Shown here: one piece after another, positions 46,465 through 54,706 of the stretch
Layout: the number at the start of each line of letters is the position of its first letter
Numbering within the stretch: the first letter of the stretch is position 1
Source of the DNA: Smithella sp.
GTDB lineage: Bacteria; Desulfobacterota; Syntrophia; Syntrophales; Smithellaceae
Direction of reading: 5' to 3'
DNA: 64,000 nucleotides
NCBI GenBank assembly: GCA_012510495.1
Contig: JAAZHX010000075.1
Location: 1,064 to 65,063 of the forward strand
Notes under the pieces: model-generated
Seen by the model: only the letters and a program-made list of their open reading frames with translations
What the model was told of the DNA's origin: nothing
Databases searched by the model: none
Made by a program: the position numbers and the translations under genes

Positions 46465-47421
46465 ATGAAAGCGATTGGCGCGGGGAATAAAGACCTGGAA
46501 AATCCGGCCTTGCCGGCCGCCGCGATCAAGGAAGAAGCCCGCAGGCTCGGATTTGACAGTTGCGGGATTTCCCGCGCAGAAGCGCTCCCGGAAGACGCGG
46601 CGCGCCTGCAGAAGTGGCTGGATCACGGGTATCACGCCTCGATGGCTTACATGGAAAGAAATACCCGGAAGCGGGTTGACCCGACCCGGCTTTTCGAAGG
46701 CGCCCGGTCGGTCATTTCCGTCCTTTTGAATTACTATCCGCCCGGGACGCAAGCCGATCCCGAAGCGCCTGTTCTGGCAAAGTATGCTTACGGAAAAGAC
46801 TATCACGTCGTTGTCAGGGAAAAACTAAACCGCCTTTTGAGGAGCATCACATCAGGCATCGCGCCGGTTCGCGGCCGGGTGTTTGTGGATACGGCGCCGC
46901 TGCTTGAAAAGGCATGGGCCGCCCGCGCGGGGCTGGGCTGGATCGGCAAAAACACCTGCCTGATTTCACCGGAGAGAGGCTCCTTTTGTTTCATTGGGAC
47001 GATTCTGGTCGATATCCCCCTGCAATGCGACAGCCCCGTTGACGATCTATGCGGCGATTGCACGCTCTGCATCGACGCCTGCCCTGCGAAGGCGCTTGTC
47101 GCCCCGCGAACACTGGATGCCGGCCGCTGCATTTCCTATTGGACAGTCGAAAACAAGACGGCCGTCGGAGAGGCGTTCGGAGATCGGCTGGCCAATCGCG
47201 TGTTCGGCTGTGATATCTGCCAGGATGTCTGCCCCTGGAACCGCCGCGCCGTTCCGCACTGTGAAAAAGACTTCGACGCCCCGGCCGGATTGCTGAAAAT
47301 GACCCGCGAGGACTGGTTCAACCTCAACGAAGAACAATACTGGAGGCTGTTTCAACATTCCGCCGTGAAAAGAATTGGATTTGAAGGGCTGAAAAGAAAC
47401 CTCGATCGCATCGCGGAGTAA
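46465..47421 (+). CDS. queG: Epoxyqueuosine reductase
   Basis: YAYGKDYH, VDTAPLLEK, GWIGKN, CGDCTLCIDACP, FGCDICQDVCPWN. Confidence 0.96.
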   Translation: MKAIGAGNKDLENPALPAAAIKEEARRLGFDSCGISRAEALPEDAARLQKWLDHGYHASMAYMERNTRKRVDPTRLFEGARSVISVLLNYYPPGTQADPEAPVLAKYAYGKDYHVVVREKLNRLLRSITSGIAPVRGRVFVDTAPLLEKAWAARAGLGWIGKNTCLISPERGSFCFIGTILVDIPLQCDSPVDDLCGDCTLCIDACPAKALVAPRTLDAGRCISYWTVENKTAVGEAFGDRLANRVFGCDICQDVCPWNRRAVPHCEKDFDAPAGLLKMTREDWFNLNEEQYWRLFQHSAVKRIGFEGLKRNLDRIAE

Positions 47422-47545
47422 TCAAGACGCGGGAAGGCGACATTCTTAAGTGAAAACGCCGGATGCGAAGTTTCCCAAATTGCGAAAGGCTCTGTGGATA
47501 GAGGGACACTTTTTTTCAGCCATACCTGCCGAATTCCCAATATGA

Positions 47546-47593
47546 TTGACAAAACCATATCGATCATGATATCGTAGCACAAAACAGATCGAT
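47546..47593 (+). promoter_or_regulatory. vapBC promoter with inverted operator
   Basis: TTGACA at 47546; ATCGATC (47559) and GATCGAT (47587) inverted pair. Confidence 0.6.
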
Positions 47594-47605
47594 GGAGGTA
47601 TTGGA

Positions 47606-47812
47606 ATGCAATCAGTAACCGTATCACCAAAATATCAAATCGTTATACCCAAAACCGTCAGGGAGTCTTTGCAGCTTTATCCAGGCCAAAAAATGCAGAT
47701 TGTTGAATATGCCGGTCATATTGAACTGATACCGGAACGCGATATCAAGGAACTGCGTGGATTTCTCAAGGGTATCAATACTGAATTCAAACGAGAGGAA
47801 GACAGAGTATGA
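47606..47812 (+). CDS. vapB: AbrB/MazE-type antitoxin
   Basis: VSPKYQIVIPK.VRE.L...PGQ; overlaps the toxin start. Confidence 0.92.
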   Translation: MQSVTVSPKYQIVIPKTVRESLQLYPGQKMQIVEYAGHIELIPERDIKELRGFLKGINTEFKREEDRV

Positions 47813-48183
47813 ACATTGTAGATTCGTCCGGCTGGCTTGCATATTTTGCCGACGAGCCAAATGCCAAGTATTTTTTGCCGCCACTCAGTGATTCAGATTT
47901 ACTTGTTGTCCCATCGGTCACTATTTACGAAGTCTTTAAAGTCATCCTGAGGGAATCCAGTGACAATGAAGCATTACAGGCGGTTGTTGCCATGCAAAGA
48001 GGAAAGGTTGTGGACCTGAGCGCGCCATTGGCAATCGCAGCTTCAAGGCTGAGCCTGGAGCATCAACTTCCCATGGCAGACAGTATCATTCTTGCCACAG
48101 CACAAGAATTCAAAGCCGTTATATGGACGCAAAATTCAGACTTTAAAAACATAAGCAAGGTGAAGTATTTTCCTAAAAAATAA
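47809..48183 (+). CDS. vapC: PIN-domain toxin
   Basis: NIVDSSGWLAY, YEV, LPMADSIILATA. Confidence 0.94.
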   Translation: MNIVDSSGWLAYFADEPNAKYFLPPLSDSDLLVVPSVTIYEVFKVILRESSDNEALQAVVAMQRGKVVDLSAPLAIAASRLSLEHQLPMADSIILATAQEFKAVIWTQNSDFKNISKVKYFPKK

Positions 48184-48184
48184 A

Positions 48185-48220
48185 GCCCAACAGATCAATA
48201 CAGTCGATCGCTTCGCTCCG
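48185..48220 (+). other. Left half of an integron attC-like site
   Basis: RYYYAAC core GCCCAAC right after the vapC stop, then CAATACAGTCGATCGCTTCGCTCCG; right arm replaced by AT-rich DNA. Confidence 0.6.
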
Positions 48221-48350
48221 TTTCAGATTTTCCTCCGGTTTCGGGAGATTTTTCTTTTTTTAAAATGATGAATAAAAAAATCATTGCAACTAAGAGAATA
48301 CCCATTATAACAAAAACACTTATTTGGGCCTTTTTATTTGAAAAAATCAC
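48195..48350 (-). pseudogene. Truncated archaeal-type class III signal peptide (prepilin-like) protein
   Basis: GTG-start MIFSNKKAQISVFVIMGILLVAMIFLFIILKKEK, then reads through the junction into attC and stops. Confidence 0.7.
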
Positions 48351-48481
48351 TTCCTCTCCTTTAGCAATTTAATTGCCTCTTCAATAACGTGAGATTTATT
48401 TCTGTATTTGCCTTTTTTTAAGAACTCTTCAATAATTTTTTCCGTTTCTTTATCAATTGTTGCCGATATTCTTGTCTTCAT
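48347..48481 (-). CDS. 44-aa ribbon-helix-helix DNA-binding protein (archaeal-like), below the ORF-track cutoff
   Basis: MKTRISATIDKETEKIIEEFLKKGKYRNKSHVIEEAIKLLKERK; GAGGTGA SD; GTGA overlap with the next gene. Confidence 0.8.
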   Translation of the reverse strand: MKTRISATIDKETEKIIEEFLKKGKYRNKSHVIEEAIKLLKERK

Positions 48482-48515
48482 CAATTCACCTCTATTTTAA
48501 AGTAACATTAAATAA

Positions 48516-48618
48516 TACTAAATACTACAAAATATTTAAAATAAGATAAAATATACTTAATCTTATTTAATATACTAAATACTACTTAGTAATAAGGGTA
48601 TTTAAAAGTTTTTGTTCG
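48516..48618 (-). promoter_or_regulatory. Archaeal-type BRE/TATA promoter with 13-bp direct repeats
   Basis: Minus strand CGAACAAAAACTTTTAAATAC; second TTTAAATA near 48533-48540; TACTAAATACTAC at 48516 and 48573. Confidence 0.6.
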
Positions 48619-48655
48619 GTATTAAAATTATAAAATTAAGAAAAATACAAAACGT

Positions 48656-49369
48656 TTATCCGTCTTTCCAGTGAAGAATTAGTCCCCTTTTCTTTTGATA
48701 GAGCTCAAGTCTAGCAATGTTTTCATTTTTGTGCGCTTCGTTTATAAAATTTCTAGTGGTAGCAATAGATCCTACAAAATTGTCTCTTGAATAAATTCTT
48801 TTTGTAGGATTAATTCCTTTTTTATATGAGTATATAAATGAATCACCAAATTTAAAATTTTCTATTATTGGTTTTATTTCTTTAATTCTTTCTTTAGCAT
48901 TTTCCTCATTTTCAAGTTCTGTAAATTCTACAAAAAAAAAATAATTAGGGAAATTTGTTTTTCCGGTGTATTCTGCATTCATAAGCCTTTTCCAAGAATG
49001 CTCTTTTTTTAATAAACTTCCATCACTCTTTACGTTATTTAAAAACATAGGGTTTGCTTGCCTTTTAAGTTTCATATAGTGCCTGTCTTCTGGCCAAGTA
49101 AGTCTCATTCCATAGAGCTCTTCTCCTGATAGAAGGAAATCTTCTATTTTTGTAATTGGAATTGGTCCAGAATCGTATTGTTTATGAGAGTTTACATCAA
49201 AATCTTTTGTAACGTTTTCGTGAGCTACACGTACATAACACCCCCCCAAACTTCCAAGTCCAGCAAGGGCTAATCCAGCAATTCCAGCTTTTTTTATAAA
49301 ATCTCTTCTTCCAATACCCTCTGATTTTTCTTCCAAATCATAAACGCTCTTTATTAAATCATTTTTCAT
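48656..49369 (-). CDS. Hypothetical Tat-type lipoprotein-like protein, very AT-rich
   Basis: GRRDFIKKAGIAGLALAGLGSLGGC twin-arginine signal ending in Cys; foreign codon usage. Confidence 0.7.
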   Translation of the reverse strand: MKNDLIKSVYDLEEKSEGIGRRDFIKKAGIAGLALAGLGSLGGCYVRVAHENVTKDFDVNSHKQYDSGPIPITKIEDFLLSGEELYGMRLTWPEDRHYMKLKRQANPMFLNNVKSDGSLLKKEHSWKRLMNAEYTGKTNFPNYFFFVEFTELENEENAKERIKEIKPIIENFKFGDSFIYSYKKGINPTKRIYSRDNFVGSIATTRNFINEAHKNENIARLELYQKKRGLILHWKDG

Positions 49370-49384
49370 GGTTTTTGGGGTTCC

Positions 49385-49610
49385 TTTCTTGAACTTTGCT
49401 CTAATTCTTCTGTTTATATGGAAAGTATGCCAACCGCTCCTGCTGGGTTTGTCAATACCGCTCCTATTGCTGCACCAGTTATTCCGAAGAATGTTTCTCT
49501 AGGCTCGGTAGGAGCGCCTTCAGCAGTATTTTTTTAGAAGTTTCTGAACCCTCTTATTAATCAGTTGAACCGGTTGTTGAAGAAATTGTTGCAATGTAAA
49601 TTGATAAGAA
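49385..49610 (-). pseudogene. Degenerate C-terminus of a DPANN-style secreted/anchored protein
   Basis: S/T/E-rich linker with stops and a frameshift, then PRETFFGITGAAIGAVLTNP and a basic tail RRIRAKFKK. Confidence 0.5.
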
Positions 49611-49704
49611 CCTCTTTTTGCGGTTATGAGCATAGGCGGCGGTGAATTTTTTGTCAAGAAGATTATGGGCATACATATAATGACGATATTTTGCCGAATC
49701 ATGG

Positions 49705-49733
49705 TTGACAGACGAAACGTCTCTTCATATACT
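49705..49733 (+). promoter_or_regulatory. sigma70 promoter of the IMPCH-AICART operon
   Basis: TTGACA-17bp-TATACT. Confidence 0.75.
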
Positions 49734-49780
49734 CGCGCCACAAAACGACAATCCATAATTTGCAACAGGGAGAAAACTTC

Positions 49781-50512
49781 ATGAAAACGAACTTATATGA
49801 CTATCTGGCCGGAAACGAGTATCCGGGCCGCGGCCTGGCCATCGGAAAAACCCCGGACGGCAAAAAATCCATGATCGCTTATTTCATCATGGGCCGGAGC
49901 ACAAACAGCCGCAACCGCGTGTTTGATCCCATTGAGGGCGGCATCCGCACGAAGGCGGCCGATCCTTCCAGGATGACGGACCCGCATCTGATCATTTACA
50001 ATCCCGTTCTGACGCTGGACGGCACGACAATTGTGACGAACGGCGACCAGACCAACACCATCTATGACTTTCTGATCGCCGACCGCCATCCCGGCTATAA
50101 TTTTGAAGCCGCGCTCGCGACCCGCACGTTTGAAGACGACAAGCCCAACTGGACGCCCCGCATTTCCGGCGTATTGAATATGCGCCAGGGCGGCTATAAG
50201 CTCAGCATTTTAAAGAGCGATGACGGCAATGAGGAGAGCGTCGAGCGATTTACGTTCAGTTATCCGGAACCCCTGGCGGGTTCGGGGCGCTTCATCAGCA
50301 CCTACAAATGTAACGGCAATCCGATACCCAGTTTCGAAGGCGAGCCGCTGCGCGTGGTCCTCGACGAGGAAGATCCCAACGAATATGCGGGCAAACTCTG
50401 GGAATCCTTGAACGAAGACAACAAGGTGAGCCTGTTTGTCCGCGCCATCGATCTTTCGAACGGTTCCTATGAAGACGTCATCATGAACAAATATCAGGCC
50501 GTGGAGGGATAA
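49781..50512 (+). CDS. IMP cyclohydrolase-like protein (PurO-related Ntn fold)
   Basis: YPGRG, YFIMGRSTNSRNR, LIIYNP, TNGDQT, TPRISG. Confidence 0.88.
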   Translation: MKTNLYDYLAGNEYPGRGLAIGKTPDGKKSMIAYFIMGRSTNSRNRVFDPIEGGIRTKAADPSRMTDPHLIIYNPVLTLDGTTIVTNGDQTNTIYDFLIADRHPGYNFEAALATRTFEDDKPNWTPRISGVLNMRQGGYKLSILKSDDGNEESVERFTFSYPEPLAGSGRFISTYKCNGNPIPSFEGEPLRVVLDEEDPNEYAGKLWESLNEDNKVSLFVRAIDLSNGSYEDVIMNKYQAVEG

Positions 50513-50515
50513 GCC

Positions 50516-51694
50516 ATGAATGAAATACAATTGAAATACGGATGCAACCCCAACCAGAAACCCGCCCGGATTTTTCTGGCGGCGGGCGGAAGCCTGCCGG
50601 TGACGGTGCTCAACGGCAAGCCGGGCTATATCAACTTTCTCGACGCGCTCAACAGCTGGCAGTTGGTTAAAGAGCTCAAGGAGAATACCGGCAAGGTGGC
50701 CGCTGCTTCCTTCAAGCATGTGTCGCCCGCCGGCGCCGCTTTGGGCTTTCCCCTGGATGACGTGCTGCGCCGGATGTATCACATCGCGCCGGACATGGAG
50801 CTTTCACCGCTTGCCTGCGCTTACGCAAGAGCGCGGGGCGCCGACCGCATGAGCAGCTTCGGCGACTGGATCGCGCTGTCCGACCCGTGCGATGTTCCCA
50901 CGGCAAAGATCATCAAAAATGAAGTCACCGACGGCATCATCGCTCCGGGCTACGAGCCCGAAGCGCTGGCAATCCTGAAATCCAAGAAGGGCGGCAACTA
51001 CAATGTCGTGTCCATCGACCCGCGCTACGTTCCCGCCGCGATCGAGCACAAGCAGGTTTACGGCATTACGTTTGAGCAGGGCCGTAACGAGCTGAAGATC
51101 GACGCGGGCATGCTGGAAAACATCGTGACCGAAAACAAGACGCTTTCCGACGCGCAGAAGCGCGACCTCGTGCTGGCGCTCATCACGCTCAAATACACGC
51201 AGTCCAACAGCGTCTGCTTCGTGCAGGACGGCCAGGTGATCGGTGTGGGCGCGGGCCAGCAGAGCCGCATCCACTGCACGCGGCTGGCCGGACAAAAGGC
51301 CGACCTCTGGCAGCTTCGCCACATGACCAAGGTGCTGGATCTGCCCTTCCGCGACGACGTCGCCAAGCCCAACCGCGACAACGCCATCGATGTTTATCTG
51401 GGGGACACCCCCGAAGACGTGATCGGCGAGGGCATGTGGGCCGAAACCTTCACGCGCCGCCCCGAACCGCTTTCAACACAAGAGCGGAAGGCCTGGCTTG
51501 GCAAGGTTACCGGCGTCTGTCTGGGGAGCGATGCGTTCTTCCCCTTCGGCGACAATATCGAGCGCGCGCGCCGCAGCGGCGTCGCCGCCATTGTCGAGCC
51601 GGGCGGCTCCATCCGCGACCGGCAGGTGATCGACACCTGCAACAAGTATGGCATCGTCATGGCGTTTTGCGGGCTCAGGCTGTTCCATCACTGA
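50516..51694 (+). CDS. purH: Stand-alone AICAR transformylase (PurH C-terminal domain)
   Basis: LKYGCNPNQ, GYINFLDA, SFKHVSPAG, KYTQSNSV, GQQSRIHC, SDAFFPF, PGGS; no IMPCH domain. Confidence 0.93.
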   Translation: MNEIQLKYGCNPNQKPARIFLAAGGSLPVTVLNGKPGYINFLDALNSWQLVKELKENTGKVAAASFKHVSPAGAALGFPLDDVLRRMYHIAPDMELSPLACAYARARGADRMSSFGDWIALSDPCDVPTAKIIKNEVTDGIIAPGYEPEALAILKSKKGGNYNVVSIDPRYVPAAIEHKQVYGITFEQGRNELKIDAGMLENIVTENKTLSDAQKRDLVLALITLKYTQSNSVCFVQDGQVIGVGAGQQSRIHCTRLAGQKADLWQLRHMTKVLDLPFRDDVAKPNRDNAIDVYLGDTPEDVIGEGMWAETFTRRPEPLSTQERKAWLGKVTGVCLGSDAFFPFGDNIERARRSGVAAIVEPGGSIRDRQVIDTCNKYGIVMAFCGLRLFHH

Positions 51695-51793
51695 AGAATG
51701 GGGCGACAGCCGGCTGGAGAACTGGTTGTCCGTCAAAGCGAAATAAAAATCATCGGGTGAAACCGACGCCCGATCAGACAAGGAGTTTACATT

Positions 51794-52972
51794 ATGGCAG
51801 GCACGGAGATTTTTGACAGCGCGGAAATAAAGGCAGTGACGGACGTCATCGAAAGGAAAATGATCCATCGTTACGGCTCGCATGCGGTGAGAAACGGGCA
51901 GTACCGGGTGGATGAATTTGAGGACAAGGTGAAAGCCCTGACCGGCGCCAGGTATGCACTGGGCGTTTCGAGCGGCACGGCGGCCCTGATTGTTGCTCTC
52001 AAGGGCATCGGCATTCAGCCCGGCGACGAAATAATCACAACGCCGTTTACTTTCATTGCGACCATCGAGGCGATTGTCGCCTTAAACGCGGTTCCGATTC
52101 TCGGGGATATCGACGAGACGCTGAGCCTGGACGCGGCCAGTGTCGAAAGACTCATCACGCCGAAGACCAGGGCGATCATGCCCGTGCATATGTTCGGTGT
52201 TGCGGCGGATATGGATCGATTCACGGCCCTGGCCAAAAAACACAATATCCCCGTGATTGAAGACGCCTGCGAGGTTGTCGGCGGCACGTATAAAGGCCGC
52301 TGCCTCGGGACGCTGGGCAAGTGCGGCACGTGGAGCTTTGACCCCAACAAGACGCTGACGGTCGGCGAAGGGGGCATCATTCTCACCGACGATGAAGCGG
52401 TTTATTTAAAAATGGAATACTATCACGACCACGGGCATGTCCACAGCAAGGCCCATGACCGGGGGGCCGACGCCAAATCCGGCCTCGGGGTCAACTACCG
52501 CTTAAGCGAAATCCAGGGTGCGCTCGGCCTGGTGGCGCTCGACAAAATGCCGAAGGCCCTGGGGATGCTGCGCGCGACAAAAAAGAAAATCCTGGATGCC
52601 GTCGCCCCGACGGGAATCAAACCGCGCCCCATGAACGACGAGGAGGGCGATACGGCGACGCACGTCATCTTCATGATGCCGACGGCCGAAGCCGCGAAAA
52701 AATTTCAGGCGGCGACAAAAGAAACCGGCTGTCCCTGCGCGATCATCGCCGAAAACACCTGGCACTATGCCAAACACTGGCAGGCGCTGGAAGACATGGG
52801 AGAGAAAGATTACTTCGGCACGAAGACGCCTTCCTATGCTCCGGCGACCATGGCCGCAAGCGACGCCATTCTGAGCCGCGCGGTCATGTTCGGTCTCAAC
52901 ATCATCATGGACGAGGCGTCCGTGAATCAAATCATCACGGCGATCAATGCAGGCGCCAAAGCAGCCCTGTAA
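51794..52972 (+). CDS. DegT/DnrJ aminotransferase, KdnA-like
   Basis: SSGTAAL, IEDAC, SFDPNKTLTVGEGG, HDHGH..DRG, NTWHYAKHW resemble KdnA as recalled. Confidence 0.85.
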   Translation: MAGTEIFDSAEIKAVTDVIERKMIHRYGSHAVRNGQYRVDEFEDKVKALTGARYALGVSSGTAALIVALKGIGIQPGDEIITTPFTFIATIEAIVALNAVPILGDIDETLSLDAASVERLITPKTRAIMPVHMFGVAADMDRFTALAKKHNIPVIEDACEVVGGTYKGRCLGTLGKCGTWSFDPNKTLTVGEGGIILTDDEAVYLKMEYYHDHGHVHSKAHDRGADAKSGLGVNYRLSEIQGALGLVALDKMPKALGMLRATKKKILDAVAPTGIKPRPMNDEEGDTATHVIFMMPTAEAAKKFQAATKETGCPCAIIAENTWHYAKHWQALEDMGEKDYFGTKTPSYAPATMAASDAILSRAVMFGLNIIMDEASVNQIITAINAGAKAAL

Positions 52973-53011
52973 CCCGAACGATTGCCTGCGAACAAGAAGT
53001 CCGTTTTATCC

Positions 53012-53045
53012 GGGGATCAGGTCTTTCGCGCCTGATCCCCTTTTT
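53012..53045 (+). terminator. Intrinsic terminator
   Basis: GGGGATCAGG-loop-CCTGATCCCC-TTTTT. Confidence 0.85.
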
Positions 53046-53138
53046 CAGAACTCATCATCGAACAAAGATACCGGACCATCCGGAGGCGGTTCTTCGCGCC
53101 TTGCTGTTTTCCGGGGCGGTCCGGATTGTCGGGCGGGA

Positions 53139-54473
53139 TTATTCGTTCCGGATTTTTTTCATGTGATCAATCCGCTTTTGAATGAGCGCGTCTGTGCCGA
53201 TGTCCGCGCGGTAAGCGACGGGGCCTTTCACGGCTTTGACGCCTTCTTCCGCGATCTTTCGCGCTTCATCCAGATCGTCGGCGATGCCGACGATGCCGAC
53301 GGCGCGCGACGAACTCAGGTAGATGCCGTCTTCTCTTTGATCCACGGAGGAGTAATACAGCCTGGCCTTGCCCGTGTCGCCGACTTCGATCCTGGCTTGG
53401 GACGATGCCGCGTCGGGATGATCGGCGGAAAGGCCGTAGCCTTTCGGGACGATGTATTTGCAGACCGTGGCTTTCTTTTCAAATTCAATATTCAGTTGAT
53501 CGAGCGTCCCGTCGATGATGTGTTTGCAGACGTCCACAAAATCCGTTTTTAAAAGCGGCAGGATGTTCATGGCTTCCGGATCGCCGAAGCGCGCGTTGAA
53601 CTCCAGAAGCCGCGCGCCGTTTTTCGTGGCGATGAAACCGCCGTACATCACACCCTTGTAGGGGCTGCCGGTTTCTTCCCAAAGCGCCGCCGCCACCCGG
53701 CGCGTGATCTCGAGGCCTTCTTCAATGTCCGACGGCCGGAGAAACGGCATCGAATGATCCGGGAGGGAATAGGAGCCCATGCCGCCCGTGTTGGGACCGC
53801 AGTCGCCGTCAAAGCGTCTTTTATGATCCTGCACCAGCGGTGTGCCGACGACGGTCTTGCCGTCGCACAGGCACTGCAGCGAGAATTCTTCTCCGTCGAA
53901 TTTTTCCTCCACGATCACCGAGGTGCTGTCTTTCAGGATTTGCGCGCACAGGGCAAGCGCCTCATCCTTCGTGGCGAAGTGATCGCCCTGCACAAGGACG
54001 CCCTTGCCGCCCGTGAGCCCGTCCGGCTTAAGGACGACGGCGTCGAGGGCGTTCAAAAAATCCTTCACGTTGTCGAGAGACGGAAAAACCCGGTACCGCG
54101 GATTGCCGGGAATGCGGTATTTATGGACCAGGTTCCTTGTGAACGATTTGGATGTTTCCAGCCGCGCCAGACTTTTGTTCGGCCCGACGGCGGGAATGCC
54201 GATTTGGGCCAGCGCATCGGCCACGCCGTTGTTCAGCGGATCTTCCGGACCGATTACGGCGAAGTCGATTTTATTTTCCCGGGCAAAACCGGCGATGGCG
54301 TCAAGGTCCGCGTAAGATCCGATTTGAGTTTTTCGGGAAAGGGATGCGATTCCCGGGTTTTTGGACTTCATCCAGGAAATCAGGGAAGGGGTTTGCGCGG
54401 AACGCGCGAGGGTTTCGGCGATCGCGTGCTCCCGCGCGCCGTTTCCTATCAGCAGGATGTTTGGCATGCTCAT
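53139..54473 (-). CDS. purD: Phosphoribosylamine-glycine ligase (archaeal-type signature)
   Basis: GAREHA, GPEDPL, KPDGLTGGKGV, QDHKR, GPNTGGMG, EFNARFGDPE. Confidence 0.95.
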   Translation of the reverse strand: MSMPNILLIGNGAREHAIAETLARSAQTPSLISWMKSKNPGIASLSRKTQIGSYADLDAIAGFARENKIDFAVIGPEDPLNNGVADALAQIGIPAVGPNKSLARLETSKSFTRNLVHKYRIPGNPRYRVFPSLDNVKDFLNALDAVVLKPDGLTGGKGVLVQGDHFATKDEALALCAQILKDSTSVIVEEKFDGEEFSLQCLCDGKTVVGTPLVQDHKRRFDGDCGPNTGGMGSYSLPDHSMPFLRPSDIEEGLEITRRVAAALWEETGSPYKGVMYGGFIATKNGARLLEFNARFGDPEAMNILPLLKTDFVDVCKHIIDGTLDQLNIEFEKKATVCKYIVPKGYGLSADHPDAASSQARIEVGDTGKARLYYSSVDQREDGIYLSSSRAVGIVGIADDLDEARKIAEEGVKAVKGPVAYRADIGTDALIQKRIDHMKKIRNE

Positions 54474-54706
54474 CTCCTCAAAGATTTGCTTATGATGGGG
54501 GGAGGCATCCTTCTGCGAAAGGGCCTCTCTTTCTTTAGCGGCGGAGTATAGGGAGGATGACCGTAGATGTCAACGGAATATTCGGAAGGCCGCGGCGACC
54601 AGCGGCGACCAGCGGCGGACGCCCGGTCCAGAAATCGCTGTATCTTTTTTGTGTAATCTGTTACAAAGAGACCACGAATTACAGCAGCGAGGTGACGTAA
54701 TCCATT

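Noticed and set aside
49630-49780. Possible ZTP (pfl) riboswitch before the purH-like genes
   Set aside because: No consensus motifs, and the promoter is only ~45 nt from the start codon
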